This document shows positions 1-8,721 of a DNA stretch of 64,000 nt, one piece after another. Every line of letters starts with the position of its first letter. Positions within the stretch are counted from its first letter, which is position 1. Both the position numbers and the translations under genes were made by a program. Source of the stretch: an uncultured Ignavibacteriota bacterium (lineage in GTDB: Bacteria > Bacteroidota > Ignavibacteria > UBA10030 > BY39); NCBI GenBank assembly GCA_947085405.1, contig CAMTWO010000014.1, positions 48,130 to 112,129 of the forward strand. Direction: 5' to 3'. The notes under the pieces are model-generated. The model was not told the origin of the DNA, did no database searches, and saw nothing but the letters and a program-made list of their open reading frames with translations.

Positions 1-965
1 TCTACTTCCTTTGTTATAGCATTTCTAATTTCTTGAATTTGTTCGGTGTTTAGAATTCCTTTTTCGATTAGATGAGCCTCAAATTTTGGAATCGGATCGC
101 GCACTTTATCTTTTTCAAGTTCTTCAGCCGAACGGTATTTTCTTTGATCATCGGATGAAGAGTGTGGTAAAAGTCGGACTACATCCGATTCGATAAGTGC
201 AGGTCCTTGCCCTCTTCTGGCTTTTGCAACTGCGTCAAGTGCCGCTTCATAGACTTCGAAGAAATCGGTTCCATCCACAAAATATCTATTCAATCCTTTG
301 AAACCTTCGGTGAGTGTGAATATCGAACCCGTTGCCATTTGTTCGGCAAGTGGAACTGATATCGCATATTTATTATTTTGGATGTGAAAGATTACCGGAA
401 ACTTTTCGCGTGTCGACCAGTTTAACGCTTCCCAGAATTCACCTTCACTCGTAGTTCCTTCACCCGATGAAACATAAACTACTTCATCGGTTCCCTCTTT
501 TACAGCACCCATTGCAGTTCCTACTGCCTGTAAAAACTGTGTGCCGGTGCAACTTGATTGAGAAGGGATTCTTAATTTTTTATTCCCCCAATGGCAGGGC
601 ATTGCTCTGCCACCGGAACCGCCGGCTTCAGCCCGATGCAGGGCTTCTAATAAAATTCCTTTCGGAGTTTCGCCGAATCCTAAATTAAATGCAATATCCC
701 GATAATACGGAAAAGCCCAGTCGTGAGATGACTTCATTGCTTTTGCAATAGCAATCTGTGCCGCCTCGTGCCCTGGTGCGCCGATGTGAAAAAATTGTTT
801 CCCTTGTTTTAACAATGTTAACTGTTTCTCATCTAATTTTCTTGATAAAACCATCAACCTGTAAATTTCTTTCAATTCATCGTTAGATAAATTAGTTGCA
901 GATTTTATTTTATACATTGGAAGTTCTTCTGATTTTATTATGTCAATATTTTTTCTTGGAGACAT
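1..965 (-). CDS. 2-oxoacid (probably branched-chain) dehydrogenase E1 alpha-type subunit, 5' part; runs off the window start
   Basis: Not in the ORF track because it is truncated. Manual translation from ATG at 965 gives MSPRKNID...LLKQGKQFFHIGAPGHEAAQ...GEGTTSEGEFWEALNW...IQNNKYAISVP...VRLLPHSSSDDQRKYR...DPIPKF, which has the TPP-binding motif and HSxSDD loop. Lies downstream of lipB and lpdA. Confidence 0.9.
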   Translation of the reverse strand, partial: MSPRKNIDIIKSEELPMYKIKSATNLSNDELKEIYRLMVLSRKLDEKQLTLLKQGKQFFHIGAPGHEAAQIAIAKAMKSSHDWAFPYYRDIAFNLGFGETPKGILLEALHRAEAGGSGGRAMPCHWGNKKLRIPSQSSCTGTQFLQAVGTAMGAVKEGTDEVVYVSSGEGTTSEGEFWEALNWSTREKFPVIFHIQNNKYAISVPLAEQMATGSIFTLTEGFKGLNRYFVDGTDFFEVYEAALDAVAKARRGQGPALIESDVVRLLPHSSSDDQRKYRSAEELEKDKVRDPIPKFEAHLIEKGILNTEQIQEIRNAITKEV

Positions 966-1680
966 TTATATATTCCTTTTCTTTCAATTGACGAATCTGT
1001 TCTGTTATTGATTTAAAAAAATCTTCTTTTTCGAGTATCAATATATTAACTTCGAATACTTTTTCAAAGTTCTTTATGATTGAATGATTGATTTCAGAAA
1101 TATCGACTGCCCGATTCAACACTTGTTGAAGCGATGTTACACCTTTATGAAATATACCACACGGAATGATGCGGTCAAAATATGATAAATCGGTGTTCAC
1201 GTTAAAAGCAAAACCGTGCATCGTAATCCAGCGGCTGATTTTGACTCCGATAGCTGCAATTTTATTATTGCCAACCCAGACACCAGTCATACCATCGGAA
1301 CGCGTTCCGTGAATTTGAAAGTCCTTCAGAGTTAAAATTAAAACTTCTTCGATATCGCGTAAGTATTTGTGTGTATCTAAATAATAGTTGTTTAAATCTA
1401 AAATCGGATATCCGACTATTTGACCGGGACCGTGATAAGTGATATCACCGCCACGGTCATTAAAATAAACTTCAGCACCAGTTGTCCGTAATTCTTCTTC
1501 ACTCGCTAAAAGGTGATTTCCGTTTCCACTTTTACCGATTGTATAAACGTGGTTGTGTTCGTTCAATAAAAGAATATCAGGAATTTTATTTTCAGCGCGC
1601 AACTCAAAAAGCTGTTTTTGCAAATCCCAGATTTCTTTGTAATCCGTGCGACCAAGGTATGTTGATATAAGCTGAGTCAT
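943..1680 (-). CDS. lipB: Lipoyl(octanoyl) transferase
   Basis: Motifs EHNHVYTIGK, DRGGDITYHGPGQ, KIAAIG, HGFAFNV, IIPCGI. Confidence 0.95.
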   Translation of the reverse strand: MTQLISTYLGRTDYKEIWDLQKQLFELRAENKIPDILLLNEHNHVYTIGKSGNGNHLLASEEELRTTGAEVYFNDRGGDITYHGPGQIVGYPILDLNNYYLDTHKYLRDIEEVLILTLKDFQIHGTRSDGMTGVWVGNNKIAAIGVKISRWITMHGFAFNVNTDLSYFDRIIPCGIFHKGVTSLQQVLNRAVDISEINHSIIKNFEKVFEVNILILEKEDFFKSITEQIRQLKEKEYINVSKKKY

Positions 1681-1687
1681 CTATTTT

Positions 1688-1787
1688 TAAAATCCGAAGC
1701 ACTAAATCCGAATGTTTAGGATTTTGTCCGCCGCAGGCGGATTAGAATTTATTTAGAGATTCGAGATTCGAATTTAGTATTTATTAT
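1688..1787. repeat. Degenerate heptamer-periodic inverted element with a central TCCGCC-N3-GGCGGA hairpin
   Basis: aaatccgaagcactaaatccgaa ... gtccgccgcaggcggatt ... atttagagattcgagattcgaatttag. Confidence 0.6.
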
Positions 1788-3182
1788 TCAAATATGTATT
1801 GCTTCACCCATTGCATTCGCCGCGGCTTCCATCACTGCTTCCGAAAGTGTCGGATGTGCGTGAACTGTTTTGATTAACTCGTGAGCAGTCGTGTCCAATG
1901 TTTTTGCGACTCCAAGTTCTGCAATCATCTCAGTTGCATCGCTTCCTAAAATATGTGCACCTAAAAGTCCGCCGTATTTTGCATCGAAGATTAATTTTAC
2001 TAATCCATCGGTTTCACCGATTGCACGTGCTTTACCGCTCGCGGCAAATGGGAAACGACCAATCTTTAATTCATAACCTTGCTCGATGGCTTTATCTTCA
2101 GTCAACCCGATACTTGCAACTTGCGGCTGGCAATAAGTGCAGCCGGGTATATTTTCGTAATCCACAACCGGCGGATTTTTTCCGGCTATCGTTTCAACAC
2201 AGGTTATTCCCTCTGCTGAAGCAACGTGAGCAAGCATGGGTGGACCAATTATATCACCGATAGCGTAAATACCATCGACGTTCGTTTTGTAATATTCATC
2301 TACTTTAATAAAGCTCTTTTCATATTTAATTCCGATTTCATCCAAGCCGATATTCTCAACATTTCCTTGCACACCGATAGCCATCAGGGTAACATCGCCC
2401 GCGATTTCTTTCGATCCATCTTTTGTTGAAACCGAAAGTCTTACGTTATCGCCTACAACAACTTTTTCTACTTTTGTCTCGGTGAAAATTTCTATGCCTG
2501 CTTTCTTCAAGTTGCTTTCTAAAAGTTTTGTAATTTCCTTATCTTCGATCGGAAGGATACTCGGCATCATCTCAACGAGAGTTACTTTAGTCCCGAAAGT
2601 ATTATAAAAATATGCAAACTCAACTCCGATAGCCCCGGCGCCGATAATCAGCATCGACTTTGGCGGTTCTTGCAAAATCATGGCTTCGGAACTGGATATA
2701 ATTTTCTTACGGTCGATTTCAACACCGGGGATTGAACGCGGTCGCGCACCCGTCGCGATTATTATTTGCTTCGACTCGATGGTTTCTACCGGTTTACCCT
2801 CTTTACTTACTTCAATCTTACCTTTGCCGTTGATCTTACCATATCCAGAAATCAAATCAATTTTATGTTTCTTAAAAAGGTACTCGACACCTTTCGAATT
2901 GCGTAGCGCCACGTCGCGGCTGCGTTTGATTATTTTTTTGAAATCGAATTGAAGATTCTCATAACTAATCCCAAATTCGTTAGCGTGTTTAAAATGATTG
3001 TAGATTTCAGCATTCTTCAGAAGTGCTTTTGTTGGTATGCAGCCCCAGTTTAGGCATACACCGCCTAATTTATCTTTTTCTATCACGACAGTTTTCAAAC
3101 CTAATTGTGCAGCGCGGATTGCAGCAACATAACCACCCGGACCTCCGCCAATTATTGCAATATCGTATTTTTTATTTTCCAT
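1788..3182 (-). CDS. lpdA: Dihydrolipoyl dehydrogenase (E3)
   Basis: GGGPGGYVAA FAD motif, GGVCLNWGCIP redox disulfide, HAHPTLSE C-terminal motif. Confidence 0.97.
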   Translation of the reverse strand: MENKKYDIAIIGGGPGGYVAAIRAAQLGLKTVVIEKDKLGGVCLNWGCIPTKALLKNAEIYNHFKHANEFGISYENLQFDFKKIIKRSRDVALRNSKGVEYLFKKHKIDLISGYGKINGKGKIEVSKEGKPVETIESKQIIIATGARPRSIPGVEIDRKKIISSSEAMILQEPPKSMLIIGAGAIGVEFAYFYNTFGTKVTLVEMMPSILPIEDKEITKLLESNLKKAGIEIFTETKVEKVVVGDNVRLSVSTKDGSKEIAGDVTLMAIGVQGNVENIGLDEIGIKYEKSFIKVDEYYKTNVDGIYAIGDIIGPPMLAHVASAEGITCVETIAGKNPPVVDYENIPGCTYCQPQVASIGLTEDKAIEQGYELKIGRFPFAASGKARAIGETDGLVKLIFDAKYGGLLGAHILGSDATEMIAELGVAKTLDTTAHELIKTVHAHPTLSEAVMEAAANAMGEAIHI

Positions 3183-3232
3183 ATTTTCTTGTTATGATGT
3201 TTTTTAGAGATAAATGGTTCAAAGTTTAAGAA

Positions 3233-3261
3233 AATATATGAAACAAGGGTTTGAAAAGCAA
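3233..3261 (-). promoter_or_regulatory. Putative sigma70-type promoter of the lpdA-lipB-E1 operon
   Basis: Minus strand reads TTGCTT-17 bp-TATATT. Confidence 0.5.
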
Positions 3262-3331
3262 AGGGAGATAATAAAATAGTAGGTAGTAAGTAGTAGTTAA
3301 TAACGTTACGCAAGCGTGTGATTCTTGCATA

Positions 3332-3510
3332 GAAATACGAAATCCTAATATCGAAAATCGAGACAAATCCTAATCACGAATTCCTGCCCGCCGCTTCGCT
3401 TTGGCAGGCGGGTCGAAATCACAATTAATTGGGCTATTTGTGGCGTCTTGATCATTAGAGTTTCGGATTTGTTTATGATTTAGTGCTTCGGATTTCGAGC
3501 TTTCGTATCG
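3332..3510. repeat. Heptamer-periodic inverted element containing a GC-rich hairpin
   Basis: aaatacgaaatcctaatatcgaaaatcga ... cctgcccgccgcttcgctttggcaggcggg ... gtttcggatttgtttatgatttagtgcttcggatttcga. The right arm contains the reverse complement of aaatccgaagcactaaatc near 1690. Confidence 0.6.
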
Positions 3511-3682
3511 AGAAATAAAGCCATTCGTAAAATCAGTTAATAACAAGAGAGAAAAACTGATCCTAAAAAACCACTACTTCTTCCCGTTGCTTCTCTCCAT
3601 ATTTCTTTTATATTGTATGCAAATTCTTAAGTATTAATTCATAACTTTAATCATTAATTCTAACACCATAAGGAAACCTATT

Positions 3683-4990
3683 ATGGCAGAAGCTGCAACT
3701 AAACCAAAACAAACATTTTCGCAAACACTCAAAACTTTTCCAAAAGTTTATTGGGTGGTCATTGTGATGGAATTTTTTGAACGCGGCTCATACTACGGAA
3801 TGATGAGCATACTTTCCGTTTATATGACCGATCAATTATTATTCAGTAAAGAGAGTGTCGGCGTAATCAAAAGCACAATCCAACCGCTGCTCTATATTTT
3901 ACCTATACTCGCCGGAGCGATTGGAGATAGGTTCGGCTACCGCAGAACGCTTATTTTTGCATTTTCATTTTTAGGATTGGGATATTTTCTTGTCAGTCAA
4001 TCAACCGACTATGCACTCGTCTTTGCAAGTTTAGTGATTATGGGAATCGGAGCTGGCGCTTTTAAACCAATGATATCCGGAACAATCGCACGAACTACTA
4101 CCGAACAAAACAGCACACTCGGCTTCGGAATATTTTACTGGTCGATTAACTTCGGGGCATTTTTATTCCCACTAATTCTCGTACCGTATATTAAAAATGC
4201 ATTCGGCTGGGAATACGTTATGGTCGCATCGGCTATCGGCACTGCTTCGATGTTGATTCCCACCATTTTTATGTACAAAGAACCGCCTAAACCTGCAAGC
4301 ACTAAAACTCTTCCTGAAGTTCTCAAAGGTATGATAATGGTCTTGACAGACGTAAAGTTTATAGGATTGATTGTTATCTATTCCGGTTTCTGGATTCTCT
4401 ATTTTCAAATGTTCGATTCCGTTTTGTGGTATGTAAAAGATTATGTTGATGCTACAGCATTGAATAATTTTGTCAATTCAACTTTTGCGGCAATCGGAAT
4501 AAATATGAACTGGCGGTTTGATGTCGAACACGTAACCGTAATAAATGCCGGAACTATTATTTTCCTGCAAATGGTGGTTTCCAATATTGTTAAGAACACA
4601 AAGGCGCTGCCAACAATGATTGTGGGTATTACGATGGGAACCATTGGAATGGCTATCCTCGCAATCTCAGCGAACATCTGGGTATTCATTGCTGGTATTA
4701 CAATATTTTCAATAGGTGAAATGACTGCGCATCCCAAATTCATCAGTTATGTTGGATTAATTGCACCGCCTGATAAGAAAGCGACTTATTTAGGATACGC
4801 TTTTCTGTATGGTGTGATTGGATCATCTATCGGCGGAATATTAGGTGCAAATATGTATGTTCATTTTGTAGATAATTTGAAAGACCCGCAAACACTTTGG
4901 ATACTGTTTAGTTTGATCGGTGTTGCAACTATTATCGGATTGTTATTTTACAATAAATTCGTTGCACCTAAATTAGGGCATAGTCATTAA
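3683..4990 (+). CDS. MFS transporter, POT/peptide-transporter-like
   Basis: About 12 hydrophobic segments; EFFERGSYYG matches the POT ExxERFxYYG motif; GAIGDRFGYRR matches MFS motif A. Confidence 0.85.
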   Translation: MAEAATKPKQTFSQTLKTFPKVYWVVIVMEFFERGSYYGMMSILSVYMTDQLLFSKESVGVIKSTIQPLLYILPILAGAIGDRFGYRRTLIFAFSFLGLGYFLVSQSTDYALVFASLVIMGIGAGAFKPMISGTIARTTTEQNSTLGFGIFYWSINFGAFLFPLILVPYIKNAFGWEYVMVASAIGTASMLIPTIFMYKEPPKPASTKTLPEVLKGMIMVLTDVKFIGLIVIYSGFWILYFQMFDSVLWYVKDYVDATALNNFVNSTFAAIGINMNWRFDVEHVTVINAGTIIFLQMVVSNIVKNTKALPTMIVGITMGTIGMAILAISANIWVFIAGITIFSIGEMTAHPKFISYVGLIAPPDKKATYLGYAFLYGVIGSSIGGILGANMYVHFVDNLKDPQTLWILFSLIGVATIIGLLFYNKFVAPKLGHSH

Positions 4991-5023
4991 GATTCAATTT
5001 CGAAATTAGAAGCACGAAATTCT

Positions 5024-5060
5024 AAATCCCCTTTGTTGAGAAATGAAGGGGATTTTTTTT
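5024..5060 (+). terminator. Intrinsic terminator between convergent genes
   Basis: Stem aaatcccctt/aaggggattt followed by a T-tract. Confidence 0.65.
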
Positions 5061-5069
5061 ATAGCGTAG

Positions 5070-6407
5070 TCATCTGACATCGTCAATAATAATAAAATTT
5101 GTTTTTCCTGTCCTCACGTGAACCACCTCATCGCGTAAACGGAAACCGCCGTCGGATGACTCAGTGGATAAATTGTACTTTCCGGGGGATAAATTCAATC
5201 GCGCGAGTTGAATCTCTGCGGGTAGCGTTTGCCATGTACGCGTATCTGCTTGTTCTGTTGCTCCCATAAATAAATCAATAGCAATACTTCCAAGCAGGTT
5301 TCTTCCTTTTTTGTCTGAATCTTTATTTAATTCCTTCTTCATCTTTTCGGAAGCTAAAAATTTCAACAAAGCTCGACCTCCACTTTTCAGATATATCAAT
5401 GCTAAGCGGTCTTCAAGAGTTTTTTCAGCAATCGCTGTTATGTTCTCAGCGAGGTGTGTGGTTGTTGTAATTGTATCAGTGAGGGAGGTTGCAGTAACAT
5501 TATATGTTCGGATTAGTTTGTGTCTGGATAAAAATTTAGGAAGAGCAACTTGGAATGTATGTATTATACCCGCAGAATCGGGAACACTCAAAGTCGGCCT
5601 TATTTCGGTTTTAACTGGTCCCTTACCCGAATAAATTATCGTGAGGATACTTCCTTCAACGCTTGGAGTATATGGCTTACCGCCTAAAATTTTATAAATA
5701 TCTGCTTCATCATTAAAACCCATCAGGGTGGCAGTTCTTACAAGGTCATCCAGAAGACTGGCTGGAGCCGAAGTTCCGTATTCTGTTAGATAATTTTTGT
5801 ATGTTTCGTAAGAATTTCTATAGGAGATGAAAGCATCGTTTATTTCACCGCTTGATTCGTATAAAGCTCCCGCGATGTACCTAATAAAAGCATCTTCTTG
5901 ATATCTGTTTTTTCCTTCATACTGTTTTGAATATTCACGAAGTTTTTGGTCAACTTTACGAGCTTCAACTAAAGCTTCGTCTGTGAGACCTTTATCAGAA
6001 AAATTAAGCGCCAAGAAAACGTTTACCAGAACCTTTTCAAAATCTTCGCCCTCATAAGGCAGAACATTATCATTTAGCAGAAAGGATAATGCGTGTTGGG
6101 AGATGCTTTGTGTGTAAAGGTCATCAATCTCTTTTTCAGCCGAGAATAAATAAGGATTGCTTGAATCAGGAAGGCCGGCGTAGTGGAATAAAAGACCTAT
6201 GTCGAGTTTGTACAACACAGAGCTTTTTTCGCCGTAAACTGATTTATTTTTTTTAATTAACTCAATTGCTGGCAGGTATTCGCCCCTTGAAATTTTTTCT
6301 TCAAGCTCTCGCTGAAGTTGGATTGAGCTCGAGCATGAAATGATTGAAAATAAAAGTGCCGAGGCAATCAACCCCAACACTTTCTTTTCAAAAAAAACAT
6401 TGGTCAT
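5070..6407 (-). CDS. COG3014-like TPR lipoprotein
   Basis: Lipobox IISC; YEGEDFEK..N.FLAL, ALVEARK and EQADTRTWQTLP are typical of this family; adjacent to lpoB. Confidence 0.75.
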   Translation of the reverse strand: MTNVFFEKKVLGLIASALLFSIISCSSSIQLQRELEEKISRGEYLPAIELIKKNKSVYGEKSSVLYKLDIGLLFHYAGLPDSSNPYLFSAEKEIDDLYTQSISQHALSFLLNDNVLPYEGEDFEKVLVNVFLALNFSDKGLTDEALVEARKVDQKLREYSKQYEGKNRYQEDAFIRYIAGALYESSGEINDAFISYRNSYETYKNYLTEYGTSAPASLLDDLVRTATLMGFNDEADIYKILGGKPYTPSVEGSILTIIYSGKGPVKTEIRPTLSVPDSAGIIHTFQVALPKFLSRHKLIRTYNVTATSLTDTITTTTHLAENITAIAEKTLEDRLALIYLKSGGRALLKFLASEKMKKELNKDSDKKGRNLLGSIAIDLFMGATEQADTRTWQTLPAEIQLARLNLSPGKYNLSTESSDGGFRLRDEVVHVRTGKTNFIIIDDVR

Positions 6408-6418
6408 TATTAATCAGC

Positions 6419-7030
6419 TTAAAATTTTGACCGGCTTTGCGAAACGACCTTTTTAATTTTCTTTTCACCGACCCATGCTTTACGGTTTGTTTCGATGTTC
6501 ACCAATTCTAAATTTACCTGATAGTACTTTACTTTTACACCACCCGATTGGTCTAAAATAGTTGTAATGTCTCCGCGCAGCATAAAATCGGCGCCCGCCT
6601 CTTTCTGGAATTTCTTCATGCTTTCGTCAGATGCAAATTCCTGTTGGTCTGTACGCTCATCGCGAACTTCCTGACGTTCTTCTTTGTTGGCTACAAAATT
6701 TACTCGCCCCGAATTAATAAGTTCTCGTTCAAGATTTTTTATAAAGGGAATAGTTGGGATATGCTCGCTGGAACGGTTTTTTACCGTACCCACTATAACA
6801 TCGGGTTGTCTTTTTTTCTCTCCTTTAAATTCACCTACCCATGGTCTGGAGAGTACGTCTGCAATCATCTCTTCAGCAACGAGTCGTGAATCTGTATCGT
6901 TCCAGTCGCCGCTTAAGTCTATTGTAGTGGAGGGATCAACCCTTTCAACTGTTTTCGACGGACCGCAACCTCCGATGATAATGAGCGATAGCATTAAAAG
7001 CGTAATTAAAAATAATTCTGTTAATTTCAT
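6419..7030 (-). CDS. lpoB: Penicillin-binding protein activator LpoB-family lipoprotein
   Basis: Lipobox IGGC; DLSGDWNDTD, NRSSEHI, GADFMLRG, YYQVNLELV..W. Confidence 0.8.
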   Translation of the reverse strand: MKLTELFLITLLMLSLIIIGGCGPSKTVERVDPSTTIDLSGDWNDTDSRLVAEEMIADVLSRPWVGEFKGEKKRQPDVIVGTVKNRSSEHIPTIPFIKNLERELINSGRVNFVANKEERQEVRDERTDQQEFASDESMKKFQKEAGADFMLRGDITTILDQSGGVKVKYYQVNLELVNIETNRKAWVGEKKIKKVVSQSRSKF

Positions 7031-7141
7031 AAAAATCTCCTTTTTATGTTAAAATTTACACTATAATATATAGTCTTTAATTAATAAAACCAAATCCTAA
7101 AAGATGTTTTTCAATTACATTTGGTCTTTATTTTTTTGATA

Positions 7142-7300
7142 CTATCTCACAAGTAAAAGTTTTTTAGTTTGTGTAAACGAGCCAACTTGCAATGGTTCGG
7201 TTGAACTCACCACAAGTCGATAAAAATAAACACCGCTCGACAATTTCGACCCATCAAAAATTACTTAGTGTTTTCCCACTTCTCGTTTCTCGTTGGCAAG
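7142..7300 (-). pseudogene. Remnant T9SS type-A C-terminal sorting domain with an in-frame stop
   Basis: Minus-strand translation LANEKREVGKH*VIFDGSKLSSGVYFYRLVVSSTEPLQVGSFTQTKKLLLVR* is close to the tail of the 8722-12900 protein (LVNEKREAGKHQVIFDGAKLSSGMYVYRL). Confidence 0.8.
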
Positions 7301-7410
7301 CGGTGCCTTCTGTACTTGGCTGTCATTGTATTTACAGACCTACACATTACATAAAATTAACCAGGTACCGTTCAATTTCACAAAGAAAATCGGTATTTTT
7401 ATATTATTTA

Positions 7411-7935
7411 TTAAAGCATGCGTATCATAAGTTGAATCGAAAACGCTTTCTTTTGTAGATCCAAAGCTGGAGCAATTCTAATATTATGGAAAAATGAAGT
7501 TTCACTCTTACCTTTAATGTGTTGTTCGTAGATTTCCGCCGACTTTGTGATAGAATTATTGCCCAATATCTCCAATGTTAGTGCTGGCACGAAGAGAGCC
7601 GCTCCAACAATGTAAAATACAGTCGTATTCGTTTTTTCGCCTTCTCTTTTACCCATGTCGGTGCCAAGCCCCCAGCCAATCGCGAAGCCGGCAGGAATAC
7701 CTAAAACAAGAGCAACTGTTTTCATCGTTTTTCCAGAATTGTATTTTGACAGCGCCGGTTCGTAGAACGAGATGGCAGACTCATATCCTTCATCACCCAA
7801 ATCATTCCATGAGGCACCATTCCAATATTTATTCTGTTCTTTATCATATTTGAAATCCCGCTGTGCTACCACAGTGACTGGCCATATCAGGGAGATAACC
7901 AAAGCCAATATTGTGAAACAAAGAATCGCTTTCAT
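7411..7935 (-). CDS. Hypothetical exported membrane protein
   Basis: Signal peptide, two Gly-rich hydrophobic helices and a beta-strand-like tail; AGGAG RBS. Confidence 0.65.
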   Translation of the reverse strand: MKAILCFTILALVISLIWPVTVVAQRDFKYDKEQNKYWNGASWNDLGDEGYESAISFYEPALSKYNSGKTMKTVALVLGIPAGFAIGWGLGTDMGKREGEKTNTTVFYIVGAALFVPALTLEILGNNSITKSAEIYEQHIKGKSETSFFHNIRIAPALDLQKKAFSIQLMIRML

Positions 7936-7986
7936 TTTTTAACTCCTTATGTTGTTGATATTTTTATATTTCTGTTTCGTACTCTC

Positions 7987-8661
7987 TTAGAAATAATAAT
8001 TTAAAGAAATTGCTGAATATGTATAACTTAAATTTAGAGTAAGATCCAGGATTTGTTTTTCTGTAACAGTTCTATAATCTCCAATTATTGGATCATATAC
8101 CTTAACATCTTCTGTTTGCTTATCCTCATAATTTAAAAGTAAAACACGGAGACCGAATTCACCGCCTAAACTAAAATTGTTACTGAAAAAGTACTCTGTT
8201 CTAAAACCTGATTTAAATCCCCACATACTCAGTTTATCTGTAAATTTTTCTATTCCGACTTCCTCTTTCTGGTCAACAGTAATTATTGGTTTTGATATTT
8301 CAGCCATTAAGTAGGATTTAACGTCGTTCTTTCTAATTATACAATATTTCACACCGACAAGAGGGTTGTACATACTTATTGAAGCGTCCGATTTTTCATG
8401 TTTATCCTCTAAACGATTGATATTATAATCCCATCGGGTTTCTGTTAACTCTGCGGAGATTCCAAGACGTATATAATCTAAGCCGAAGTATATTTGAAAA
8501 TCGTTAGCAGTTTTGTAACCAAACGTTCCACCTGATATCCCTAAAAACTCCGGTTTAACGCCAAACATAAATTGACCGACCGGAGGTTCTTCAGTTTGGC
8601 TGATTAAAATTCCGCTATGCAGCACTGTCGCTGCAATCAAAATAAACATAATGTTTTTCAT
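7987..8661 (-). CDS. Outer-membrane beta-barrel protein
   Basis: Signal peptide, amphipathic strands, C-terminal aromatic beta-signal (ISLNYYF). Confidence 0.75.
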   Translation of the reverse strand: MKNIMFILIAATVLHSGILISQTEEPPVGQFMFGVKPEFLGISGGTFGYKTANDFQIYFGLDYIRLGISAELTETRWDYNINRLEDKHEKSDASISMYNPLVGVKYCIIRKNDVKSYLMAEISKPIITVDQKEEVGIEKFTDKLSMWGFKSGFRTEYFFSNNFSLGGEFGLRVLLLNYEDKQTEDVKVYDPIIGDYRTVTEKQILDLTLNLSYTYSAISLNYYF

Positions 8662-8721
8662 TGTAGCTCTCCTTTAATTTAATATTTTGGATTTAGTGAT
8701 TTATTTTAAAAAATATTTTCC

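Noticed and set aside
467-688. 73-aa plus-strand ORF
   Set aside because: Antisense to the E1 dehydrogenase gene, which the track missed because it is truncated by the window.
7255-7275. Selenocysteine or pyrrolysine recoding in the T9SS remnant
   Set aside because: The stop is TAA, in a fragment with no start codon.
7192-7458. 88-aa plus-strand ORF
   Set aside because: Antisense shadow of the T9SS tail remnant.
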